64,000 bases of DNA from an uncultured Alphaproteobacteria bacterium (GTDB taxonomy: Bacteria; Pseudomonadota; Alphaproteobacteria; CAWBKL01): assembly GCA_963789405.1 (NCBI GenBank), contig CAWBKL010000007.1:70276-134275 (forward strand), in the 5' to 3' direction. A program made the position numbers and the translations under genes. Positions 42,508 through 51,466 of this stretch are shown here, one piece after another. Under the pieces are notes generated by a model. The model saw only the letters and a list, made by a program, of their open reading frames with translations, was not told the DNA's origin and did not search any database. How positions within the stretch are numbered: position 1 is the first letter of the stretch; each line of letters starts with the position of its first letter.

Positions 42508-43841
42508 ATGACCAGCCCTGAAATCTCCAAAGAGATCGCGCGTGTTTTTGCATTGCAGCGGGAGCATCAGTGGGATGTCAAAGCCTCGTCAGCGGCGACG
42601 CGCAAGGCGAAGCTTGCGAAGCTGAAGGCCGCCGTTGAGGCGCATGCCGACGACATCGTCGCGGCGGTGAAAGAAGACACGCGCAAGCCCGACGGCGAGA
42701 TCCGCGTCACCGAAGTCTTGAACGTCACCGCCAATATCCAGCGGAATATCGACAATCTCGATGAGTGGATGAAGCCGACCGAGGTTGCGCCCTCGAACAA
42801 CCCGAACGACAAGGCGCAGATCGTTTATGAGGCGCGCGGGGTGTGTCTCATCCTGGGGCCGTGGAATTTCCCGCTTGGCTTGACGTTCGGCCCGCTCGCG
42901 GCAGCGATCGCCGCCGGCAATGTCTGCATGGTCAAGCTCACAGATCTCGCGCCCGCGACGGCGCGGATTGCCGGCAAGATTGTCCGGGAGGTCTTCAACG
43001 AGAACGAGGTCGCGCTGTTCGAGGGTGATGTCAGCGTTGCGACGGCGCTCTTGGAGCTTCCGTTCAACCACATCTTCTTCACCGGTTCCCCGCGCGTCGG
43101 CAAGATCGTGATGGCGGCGGCCGCCAAGAATCTGACCAGCGTTACGCTGGAATTGGGCGGCAAATCCCCGGTCATCATCGATGAAGGCGCGGACGTCGAG
43201 AAGATTGCCGCCGACCTTGCCTCGGCGAAGCAATTCAACGGCGGCCAGGCCTGCATCTGCCCGGATTATGTTTTCGTCAAAGAGAGCCAGAAGGCGCGGC
43301 TCGTCGACGGCTTCAAAGCCAATGTCGCGAAAAATCTCTATTCTGAAGATGGCAAGTTCAAGAAGGAAGCCATCGCGCAGATCGTCAACAAGGCCAATTT
43401 CGCGCGCGTCAAAGGGCTGTTCGATGACGCGGTCGCCAAGGGCGCGAAGGTCGCCGTCGGCGGCGAGCTTGAAGAAGCGGATCGCACGATCCACCCGACA
43501 ATGCTCACCGACGTCACGCCGCAGATGAAGATTTTGCAGGAAGAGATCTTCGCGCCCATCTTGCCGGTTATGACCTACGACAATCTTGACCAGGCCATTG
43601 GCTATATCGAGGCGCGCGAGAAGCCGCTGGCGCTCTATGTCTACAGCGGCAACAAGGCCAATGTTCAGAAAGTGCTGAACCGGACCTCATCCGGCGGCGT
43701 GACCGTCAACGGCGTGTTCTCGCACTATCTGGAAAACAGCTCCCGTTCGGCGGCGTCAACGGCAGCGGGATGGGCAGCTATCACGGCTATTTCGGCTTCA
43801 AAGCCTTCTCCCACGAGCGCTCCGTTTATATGCACCAGTGA
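42508..43841 (+). CDS. Aldehyde dehydrogenase, family 3/coniferyl-aldehyde-DH-like; frameshift near 43740
   Basis: [32 protein letters not shown]; the expected C-terminus [33 protein letters not shown] lies in another frame and ends at 43841. Confidence 0.9.
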
Positions 43842-43843
43842 GC
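43760..43843 (+). repeat. Direct repeat copy 1 (ALDH 3' end)
   Basis: Core 43791-43843 matches 47267-47319 with 2 mismatches in 53 bp. Confidence 0.9.
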
Positions 43844-43854
43844 GGCTAGAGTCC

Positions 43855-43876
43855 CGAAATCTACTCTGACCCCAAT
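43855..43876 (+). repeat. Left 22-bp inverted repeat flanking the retron
   Basis: CGAAATCTACTCTGACCCCAAT is the reverse complement of 46931-46952 with one mismatch. Confidence 0.88.
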
Positions 43877-43934
43877 ATCCCTTTCATCGTCGCTAGAAGG
43901 CAGGAGTTCGGCTTCTATTGAGATAGGGGTGCGC

Positions 43935-44244
43935 CTACACTGCACCCGCCGCGACGAGTTTGTTGTGAAAGTTGATTGTTGCGACAATCCGATCAAGCAA
44001 TGGAACGAAACCGGTGAAGTTGATTTTGTCCGCGTTGGGAGCAACCACTTGACTAGCGAATCTGCTCTTTCCGTACTCCGTGTCAGTGTCTACGTCTTTG
44101 TCGTCAGGATTGAACGATTTTCCATTGAGCTTCATTGACCGCGTCGCCACGTCAAACAGGCTCTCTATCTTTGACTGCCCCGCGTTCTCCGGCGTCTTTA
44201 TCAAATACAGGTTCCGAGCTATTTGATAAAAGGGAGCATTACTA
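43935..44244 (-). pseudogene. C-terminal remnant of retron RT-TOPRIM, detached by IS630
   Basis: ...SNAPFYQIARNLYLIKTP...IESLF...FNP...YGKSRFA...FTGF..LL joins in frame to the 45297-46707 part when the IS is removed. Confidence 0.88.
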
Positions 44245-45296
44245 GAGCCGATTCAATTTAATCACGGTCATATCCGGCGGCGGCAAAGTAGTTTTGGCAA
44301 TCGGTTGGCGTGAAGGCGTCGATTGCGACGGCGATAGCCTGCCAGAGATCTGGCACCGTGCGCGCGGCGGCTTTGCGTAAGGTCGCCTTGAGTTTCGAGA
44401 AGGCCATTTCGATTGGGTTGAAGTCAGGTGAGTAGGGCGGAAGATAGAGAAGCTCAGCGCCCGCCGCTTCGATCGCCTCTCGCACGCCCCTCACTTTGTG
44501 TGCGGGCAGATTGTCCATCACGACGATATCGCCAAGCTTGAGTTCCGGAACGAGAACCTGCTCAACGTAGGCGAGGAAAGCTGCTCCATACATCGGCCCG
44601 TCGAGGATCATGGGCGCGGCCAGGACATTGAGGCGCAGAGCACCGGTGAAGGTCGTCGTCTTCCAATGACCGTGCGGGATCGAGGCGCGACAGCGCTCGC
44701 CTTTTGGTGCGCGGCCTCTCAAGCGCGCCATCTTGGTCGAGGCACCGGTCTCGTCAATGAAGACGAGCTTCTCTGGATCAAGATCGAGTTGGCCCTCGAA
44801 CCACGCGGTCCGCGCAGCTTTTACGTCCGCGCGCTGTTGCTCGCTCGCGTGCGCTGTCTTTTTTTGAACGTGTAGCCGCGCTTGTCGAAGAAGTACCAGA
44901 TCGTCGCCGGGCACGCCGAGACGCCGCGTTTCTCTGACAGGAGTTCGGCGATCTCGGCAAGCGCGATGTCCTTGGTCGCTGCGACGAGGCCGAGGATGAA
45001 GTCTTCGTGAGCGTCGAGCTTAGAGCGTTTCGGTTGACCTTGGTGGCCTGGCCGCACGTCCCCCGTCTTGCGCCACAACCGGTGCCAGGCTCCAGCGGTC
45101 GCAATCCCGATGGCAAACCGACGTGCCGCCTCGCGGCTCGACAAGCCGCCATCGATTGCTTTCACAACCCGCCGCCGCAAATCCAAGCTGTAAGCTCGCG
45201 CCATCATCCTCTCCTCCCGCAAATCGCAAAGGAAAAGGAATCAGCATTCGCCAGATCAGGGAATCCCAGCCAACTCGGCTTTCACTGAAACCGCTC
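44245..45296 (-). mobile_element. IS630-family insertion sequence (about 1052 bp)
   Basis: Flanking TA (within CTAG) at 44243-44244 and 45297-45298; imperfect terminal IRs GAGCCGATTCA / GAGCGGTTTCA; encodes HTH and DDE ORFs. Confidence 0.93.
44258..45204 (-). CDS. IS630 transposase, two ORFs joined at an A7 slippery site (programmed frameshift)
   Basis: orf[15 protein letters not shown]...TFKK; orfB FIDETG...MDNLPAHK...[19 protein letters not shown]; AAAAAAAG on minus strand at about 44858-44865. Confidence 0.92.
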
Positions 45297-46707
45297 TAGT
45301 GTGCGAGACAGACGTGTGCTTTGCGGCGTTGAACACATTGTTGGACCCCGAATCGTTGTCAACGAGCAGAATCACAGGGTGGTTTAGCGGAGCGTGCTTG
45401 TAGCGCTTAAGTGCGTCCCCGTATCGGCTCATGAAAGCCGGGAAGTGACCTGTCCCACCACCTAAGCCCAACACATCGCGGGTCGTGTCGGTGTACTTGA
45501 AGAATTGAACCGCAATGTGCTTCTGGCCATTGACCACATTGAACAGGGCGCCTGCATATGCATTCAGATTTTTTATTGCCGCGTTGAGATAGACGCTGTC
45601 CGTCTTTCCTTCGCAGATGACGAGAGGTTTTTCTGGGATCACGAATTTTTGGAAAAACAGGAAGCGATAGTAGAGCCTCTCGATGCCTTCATGGTTCTTG
45701 GGTGCGGTGGCTTCGTATTTCTTCGGAGTCTCAAGCGATGTCCGTACCTTCTCTAGCCGCTTGATGTAGTAAATATGGCTGAGAATGCCGCCTAGCTGGT
45801 TCAGCGTCCCCTTTTCGTTTGGTGAGTTACCGTGAAGGTGGAACTCGCCTGACCTAAAGAGGGCATCGCAAGCGAGTCTGGCCGATCTATAGTAGTCGGA
45901 TCGAATATTGACCTTCTCGTTGACAGTGAGACCGGTAACGACTTGGCGGCTTCCTCGATATTGCATTCGAGTTTTTCGGTGATTGACCGAAAACCCTGCG
46001 CGGTTGATCTGTTCCAAAAGGTCGTCGCCTAGGACCCACACGGAACTGCTCGCCGCTAACTGGTATGCAATTGGTGAAGGAAATGACTTCTGGTTCGTTG
46101 AGAAGCTCAGATCGTCGGCATACCTCGAATAGGTGCACTTATATTTCTTCGCGAGCTGACTCAGACGCACGTCCAGCAGATGGCCGAGCAGGTCAGATAT
46201 GATTGGGGAGCAAGGGCTCCCTTGTGGGAGGGCCGTCCCATCGCACGCAATCTGAGCAATGACTGTTGCGACGCTCGGATGTAGCAGGAAGTCGTTGTTC
46301 TTTATGAAGTAGCCCCGCACGCGTCCGAAATTCAAAGTCGGAAAAAAATCTTCCAAGTCTAGATTTAACAAATAGCGTCGCTTGCGATGTTGATAAGCGT
46401 TCGTGGAAATCGAGGCGCCACTGCGGAATCCATGTGAGACGATCTTTCGTGGGGTCTTCTCTTCGATTTCGGCTCGACAATCCGTCAATAAATTGGCGAG
46501 CGATCGCTGTAGAGCTTTCAAACGGTCTATTGGCGCGGTGATGTCGCGAGTTCCCCCGCCCTTTTTCGGTATTGAAAAGAACGTGTATCGCTGCTGTAGC
46601 GGAATTTTATAGAGGGTGTAGGACAACGCGCTTGCTGGAATATCCAATAGAGGCGCAAGCTCTTTAAGAGATGAAGCGTTCTGGAGTGCTGTTAGAAAGG
46701 AGGCCAT
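45256..46707 (-). CDS. Retron Ec67-type reverse transcriptase-TOPRIM fusion, truncated by IS630
   Basis: IPKKGGG.R.I.AP, NA..H (region X), DLEDFF, LPQGSPCSP, YADD, VTGL (region Y); TOPRIM ICEGKTD and LVDND. The last ~12 aa come from the IS. Confidence 0.93.
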   Translation of the reverse strand: MASFLTALQNASSLKELAPLLDIPASALSYTLYKIPLQQRYTFFSIPKKGGGTRDITAPIDRLKALQRSLANLLTDCRAEIEEKTPRKIVSHGFRSGASISTNAYQHRKRRYLLNLDLEDFFPTLNFGRVRGYFIKNNDFLLHPSVATVIAQIACDGTALPQGSPCSPIISDLLGHLLDVRLSQLAKKYKCTYSRYADDLSFSTNQKSFPSPIAYQLAASSSVWVLGDDLLEQINRAGFSVNHRKTRMQYRGSRQVVTGLTVNEKVNIRSDYYRSARLACDALFRSGEFHLHGNSPNEKGTLNQLGGILSHIYYIKRLEKVRTSLETPKKYEATAPKNHEGIERLYYRFLFFQKFVIPEKPLVICEGKTDSVYLNAAIKNLNAYAGALFNVVNGQKHIAVQFFKYTDTTRDVLGLGGGTGHFPAFMSRYGDALKRYKHAPLNHPVILLVDNDSGSNNVFNAAKHTSVSHTRAVSVKAELAGIP

Positions 46708-46720
46708 GTGTTGCGTGAAA

Positions 46721-46865
46721 TGGAGAGGGAGCCTGCAGGTACTCCTACGCGTGCTAGGGTGTCGGGCTAGTCGAAGCCCGGCCTGGTTAGGAAGCTGTCG
46801 TTCTCTGACTTTGTTTTCTTATATTGCGATTGCGCAACAACAAATCTACCTGGAGGACCTCTCCA
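46721..46865 (-). ncRNA. Retron msr-msd non-coding RNA (Ec67-like)
   Basis: Imperfect a1/a2 inverted repeats TGGAGAGGTCCTCCAGGTA ... TACCTGCAGGCTCCCTCTCCA; candidate branching G then ATTTGTTG...AATCGCAA, as I recall for Ec67 msr; msd hairpin CGGGCT-TCGACT-AGCCCG; ends 13 nt before the RT ATG. Confidence 0.85.
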
Positions 46866-46930
46866 GCATTGTGTTCTGATTTCTTGCTGGAGATTAGTCA
46901 AGGCGCGATCTGAAAATTATCAAAAAGAGG

Positions 46931-46952
46931 ATTGGGGTCAGAGTAAATTTCG
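46931..46952 (-). repeat. Right 22-bp inverted repeat flanking the retron
   Basis: ATTGGGGTCAGAGTAAATTTCG pairs with 43855-43876; a third partial copy TTGGGTCAGAGTAA lies at about 47129-47142. Confidence 0.88.
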
Positions 46953-47016
46953 TCTTTCGACGAACCGCGCCTAGATCTAACCTGGCCCACTTCCTAACTC
47001 TGATGTGGAACAAGGG

Positions 47017-47120
47017 ATGATCGAGGCGCCTGCCACTGCGGCCGGGTCCACTGGCGCTACGGCGCCGAGCCGAAGGGTGCAACAGCCTGCAACTGCACCG
47101 TCTGCCGGCGCTGCGGAGTT
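47017..47120 (+). pseudogene. 5' fragment of a GFA/CENP-V family gene
   Basis: With one base restored it reads MIEGACHCGRVHWRYGAEPKGATACNCTVCRR (CHCG...CNC..C zinc motif) and breaks off at the GGGTCAGAGTA motif. Confidence 0.65.
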
Positions 47121-47168
47121 CGGCGGAGTTGGGTCAGAGTAAGATCGCCTAGCGGCCATGCCTCTCTC

Positions 47169-47219
47169 TGGATTGCCGGGTCATCCTTCGACGGGCTCAG
47201 GATGAGGCCGGCAATGACG
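47169..47219. repeat. Composite REP-like palindrome
   Basis: tggattgccggg-tcatccttcgacgggctcaggatga-ggccggcaatgacg; reverse homolog of 17305-17357. Confidence 0.7.
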
Positions 47220-47238
47220 AGCTTGTCGGTTGCGTGGG

Positions 47239-47319
47239 CGGCAGCGGGATCAGCACTCACGGCACTTTCGGCTTCAAAGCCTTCTCACACGAGCGCTCGG
47301 TTTATATGCACCAGTGAGC
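47239..47319 (+). repeat. Direct repeat copy 2 (orphan ALDH 3' end)
   Basis: Encodes [19 protein letters not shown]; duplicate of 43760-43843. Confidence 0.9.
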
Positions 47320-47449
47320 CTGGAATTACGGTGACAGTTTACTCTATCACGTCGAAGCGAGCGACGTGAGGCGCGTTTCCGTGCCGGGTGCTGGCGTGGC
47401 AACGCCGTGTTCTGTGCTAGGATGTGACGAGCTTAAGGAGGCAAGCGCA

Positions 47450-48052
47450 ATGATCATGAATGGTTTCCGGACGTTCCTTGCCGCGGCTTGCATCTGCATG
47501 ATTGCGGTCCCGGCCTCAGCCGCGCTCAAACTGGGCGAGCGCGCCCCCGATTTCACCGCCACCGGAAGCGCGGGCGGAAAGCCTTTTGCTTTTCATCTTG
47601 CCGACGCGCTCAAGAAGGGACCGGTGGTGCTTTATTTCTATCCGTCCGCCTATACCGGCGGCTGCGACCTGGAAGCCCATACCTTTGCCAGCGAGGCGGA
47701 TAAGTTCGCCGCCGCGGGCGCCACGATTGTCGGCGTCTCAGCCGACAATCTCGACCGGCTCACGCAATTTTCCGCGGACCCCAAATTCTGCGCCGGCAAA
47801 TTCCCCATCCTGTCCGACGAGAGCACCAAGATCGCAGCGTCCTATGCGCTCCATGTGACACCGCCGATTGCAGGCGCCAAGGATGTGCGCGGCGTCGAGA
47901 TCGGCCACGGCTTCATCGAGCGCTTCACCTATGTGATCGGCACGGACGGCAAGATTGTCGCTGCGTTCTCCTCGAAACAAGACCACCTTTCCCCCGCCGA
48001 TCATGTTTCCAAGTCGCTCGCCATCGCGCAGCAAATCAAGGCTCAAAGATAG
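47450..48052 (+). CDS. Peroxiredoxin (BCP/PrxQ-like) with signal peptide
   Basis: APDF, VVLYFYPSAYTGGC (PxxxTxxC), GVSAD, R.TYVIG.DG; AGGAGG RBS. Confidence 0.88.
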   Translation: MIMNGFRTFLAAACICMIAVPASAALKLGERAPDFTATGSAGGKPFAFHLADALKKGPVVLYFYPSAYTGGCDLEAHTFASEADKFAAAGATIVGVSADNLDRLTQFSADPKFCAGKFPILSDESTKIAASYALHVTPPIAGAKDVRGVEIGHGFIERFTYVIGTDGKIVAAFSSKQDHLSPADHVSKSLAIAQQIKAQR

Positions 48053-48129
48053 ATGGTCAAATAAGGTCGGCGCGCCGGCGGGTTTACACGAGCGGAAGCC
48101 GAGCCCTCACCGGAGACCGGACAATGGTA

Positions 48130-48219
48130 TGGCGGAGAGGGAGGGATTCGAACCCCCGATAGGCTTGCACCTATGCCGCATTTCGAGTGCGGTGCATTCA
48201 ACCACTCTGCCACCTCTCC
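48130..48219 (-). tRNA. tRNA-Ser(CGA)
   Basis: GGAGAGGTGGCAGAGTGGTTGAATGCA-CCGCA-CTCGAAA-TGCGG, long variable arm, GGTTCGAATCC, ending CTCTCCGCCA; 90 nt with encoded CCA. Confidence 0.97.
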
Positions 48220-48603
48220 GGGGCGCAGAACGCTGCCATTCTTGTGGCGAGAACGGCGGCGCATTTCAAGAACACAGAAGCTTGCGGACCCATTTTGAAC
48301 CCAAAGCCATGAAGGCGTGCTTTCTAAAGTCGGCGCGCCCATCGGGCAAGAGCAGCAATTGAGCCAGCCCGGCTCTTCTACGTTACCTCCGAGGCGAGGA
48401 CCGACACGCAAATGCGACCGGCACCAGCGCACAGCCGGCGCGCCCTAATGCGATGGACTCGCCACTGGCGCCTGCCTAGGATCATCCCCCGGTGGGTGGA
48501 AAAAATCCGGCCCTCGTCAAGGCCGCAAGAGTGGGATGCGCCATTCGCCACTTGACGTGTTCAGACAAATTCTGGGCCCAACAATCAGGGAAGGGAACGC
48601 ACA

Positions 48604-49521
48604 ATGGCAAATCAGACCCGCGATGGCCTCAAAGGCATCGTCGACAGCTATGTCAATGCAATGATCGCGCACGATCCCAAGCTGGCGCCGCTCGCCGAGG
48701 GTGCGGTGATCGTCGAGAATCTGAAGAAGATCTCGCCCAAAGAGGGGCTGTGGGCGACAGCGAGCGCCGAGCCGAAAAGCTTCCAAATCTATATCCCCGA
48801 CACGACCGCGCAGACCGTCGGCTATATGTGCGTGATGCGGGCAAAGGTGGAGCACGAAGGCAAGGTCGAGGAGAGGCCGATCCAGCTGGGCCTCAGGCTG
48901 AAGCTCGCGGGCGGCAAGATCAGCGAAGCGGAGCAGATCGTCGTCTATTCGCTTGGCGTCGGACCGATGGGCGAAGCTGGCCTTAAGAATCTCGAAAAGC
49001 CGCGCGCCGCCTTCTCGCAGCCGGTAATCGAATCCTACCGCGAATCGCGCGGCAATCTCATCCGCATCGCCGGCAGCTATTATGATGCGCTTGAGCTCAA
49101 TAATGGCCGGCTTTGTCCGTTGGCGGATGATTGCGTGCGCCACGAGAACGGCATGCAAACCTGCCGCAACATCGTTCCGGGCGATTGGGCGGCCGCCACT
49201 TTCGGCATATTCGGCGCGCTGACCGCCGCCGCCCAGCTCGACAGCCAAGTCATGGCGTATATCACCAAGCTCGACAACCGCCGCGTCTTCGCGGCCGATG
49301 AGGAATATGGCCTTGCCGTCGGCTTCTCGCATTTCCGCCACGACATGAAGCAGAAAGAGTACAAGGTGTTCGGCGTGCCCGGTGTCGAGACCTGGAAGAT
49401 GGAGTATGATCCGTTCGATCTACCGGCCATGCATATCTACAAGATCTGGGGCGGCCAGATGCACGAGATCGACGCGCTCGGTTTCATGGCGCCTTATATG
49501 GCCGACTCTTACTTCAAATAA
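48604..49521 (+). CDS. Conserved hypothetical protein (paralog family with 22938 and 38813)
   Basis: YVNAMIAHDP...EGLW...CPLADDCVRHENGMQT...HIYKIWGGQMHEIDA. Confidence 0.75.
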   Translation: MANQTRDGLKGIVDSYVNAMIAHDPKLAPLAEGAVIVENLKKISPKEGLWATASAEPKSFQIYIPDTTAQTVGYMCVMRAKVEHEGKVEERPIQLGLRLKLAGGKISEAEQIVVYSLGVGPMGEAGLKNLEKPRAAFSQPVIESYRESRGNLIRIAGSYYDALELNNGRLCPLADDCVRHENGMQTCRNIVPGDWAAATFGIFGALTAAAQLDSQVMAYITKLDNRRVFAADEEYGLAVGFSHFRHDMKQKEYKVFGVPGVETWKMEYDPFDLPAMHIYKIWGGQMHEIDALGFMAPYMADSYFK

Positions 49522-49543
49522 GACCTTACAATCAGAGCATTGA

Positions 49544-49572
49544 GGAGCGCGCAACCAAAGCGCGCTCCCTTT
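49544..49572 (+). terminator. Possible intrinsic terminator/hairpin
   Basis: GGAGCGCGC-aaccaaa-GCGCGCTCC followed by a short T run. Confidence 0.45.
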
Positions 49573-49600
49573 ACGCACTTTCGGATAGGGAGAAACGGGA

Positions 49601-50054
49601 ATGCCAACGACAACAGCAGAAACGCTGCTCGACCGGATTCAGATCGAAGAGCTGCTGATCGAATATTATTCGCTGCTCGGCAGGAACGGCGACAATTACA
49701 ACGACTTCTTCACCGAGGACTGCGTCCTCGATATCAATGGCCGGATCTTCAAAGGCCGTGACAAAATTCACGAGGCCTACGCGCCATCGGAAGGCGCCAT
49801 CCCGATGACCGGCAAGTTCAATATGCTGTTGACCAATCCGCGCATCGTGGTGAAGGGCGACACGGCAACCGCCGACATGATCTGGACGGGAATCCTTGCA
49901 AGAGAATGTGCGATTTCCCCCGCGCCTCGTCGAACAGGGCCGCGAGCATGACGAGCTTGTCAAGAAGAACGGCAAATGGCTGTTCAAGCACCGCATCGTC
50001 CAGGCCGATTCGGGCCTGCCGCCGATCTACGATGCGACCTACACCAAGCGATAG
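49601..50054 (+). CDS. SnoaL/NTF2-like protein (frameshift near 49900)
   Basis: DRIQIEELL..Y...FTED...N.RI.V.GDTA; continues EQGREHDELVKKNGKWLFKHR in another frame. Confidence 0.75.
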
Positions 50055-50123
50055 CAAGCCACATTTGGTCCCGCCGCTTGATAATCGTGCGGGCGGCGGG
50101 AAGGGTTTTGGCGACGCCTAACG

Positions 50124-51288
50124 CTATGAGCGCGGCGCGTTGTCATGAACATAGAGCAGCACTGCGCGCGCATCGTCCGCAGCTTCGGCAAACGCATCCG
50201 CGCCGCTGCTGCTGCTGGCACTCGTGTTGTTGAACACAACGTCATAGACATTCACCGTTTTTGTCTCGTAGATGCCCGGCGAGGTTTGGATAAGCGCCAG
50301 GGTGGTCATGTCGCCATATGCGGTCGCGCGATCGTAGCTGAAGCTGCTGAAATCGACATAAGTTTTGCCATCCGGCCCAGTGATTGTGCCTGGAATGCCC
50401 AGGATCTGATCCAGATAGACCACTTCGTCGACCGAAAGCGGCTGCTCCTTATCCGTTGCACCGGCAAGAAACCCCGTGGCGGCCTTCAAATCATCCGCAG
50501 TTTTTACGCCATCGACGAGATAGGACATGCTGGCAAGCTTGGCTGGGTCAGCGATGCCGGGAATCGTGCCACTCGTCATGAGCGCCTTGTAGATCGCAAG
50601 ATTCTCGAGCGGGGAGTCGATGGTCTTTGCAATGCCGTCCGTCGTCAACACGAGACGCCCGGAATCATCGAGCGACACAGAAATCCGCCGCATTGATGTT
50701 TGCGACGGCCTCATCGAGCCTGCGGTCCAGAACCTTCGATGGCGAGCGCGCGACATTGGTTCGCCCGATCTCGACCTCGACAGCCAAGCTCTCATCGATC
50801 GGCTCGCCTTCCGCATTGAGTGGAATGAGATTGCCGCTTGCGTCGAGCGGTTGCACGAAGCCGTTCGCATTGAGGATCGGCACGCCATTGGCATCGCGCA
50901 GAATCACCCACATGTCGCTGACGAGATCACCCTTCTTCGTGCCGGCGGCCGAAGGCTTGCCGGTCGTCGCGCGCCCTCCCCCATATTTCGGCCCCTTGGC
51001 TTCATCGCTCGGGCCCTCGTCTTCCTCGAAGACATGGCTTTCGACGCCGCCCTTGCCCTGCGATCCCGTAGAGGACCTGCCTTGCCCTTTGCCGGATCCG
51101 CCTTTGTGGCCGCCGGAGTGACTGTCGCTGCTGTGATCTCCACCGGTGGAATGGCTTCCACCGGAATGGCCGCTCTCTTGTGCGTGAGCGGCGGTAATGG
51201 CCGCAATGCCGCTCTGCGAGACATTGAAGCCGAATGACAGCGCGCACGTCGCCACTGTCGTCATAAGAATCTTATTCAAAGAACGCAT
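50124..51288 (-). CDS. Secreted protein with Gly/His/Ser-rich N-terminus (frameshift near 50690)
   Basis: Signal peptide ending AHA; low-complexity GHSGGSHS tract; globular part KKGDL..D.WVILRDANGVPIL...DSPLENLAIY...AADDARAV. Confidence 0.7.
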
Positions 51289-51466
51289 ACGCCTACTCTT
51301 TCTACTGCTGGGGTGAACTGAACGCGCCCGATGCGCGGGTAATGCTTCCGATTGGCGTCTCCGCGCATTGAGACAAGTCAAGGAATGCAGATTGCTTCGA
51401 TGGAGATCATGCTTAATCGGACGAGCATGATTTGCCGCCGAGGCTCTTGTTGCTGCCGCCATATGC

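Noticed and set aside
44858-44865. Transposase split as a sequencing error
   Set aside because: The A7 run at the orfA/orfB junction matches the programmed frameshift common in IS630, so it is neither an error nor novel.
44245-45296. IS630 as a reversible on/off switch or intron-like element in the retron
   Set aside because: It has ordinary IS630 structure with TA duplication; nothing in the sequence indicates precise excision or splicing.
46721-48145. GGAGAGGGAG shared by the tRNA-Ser 3' region and the retron a2 arm as a possible att site
   Set aside because: It is only 10 bp, purine-rich, explained by ncRNA pairing, and no integrase is present.
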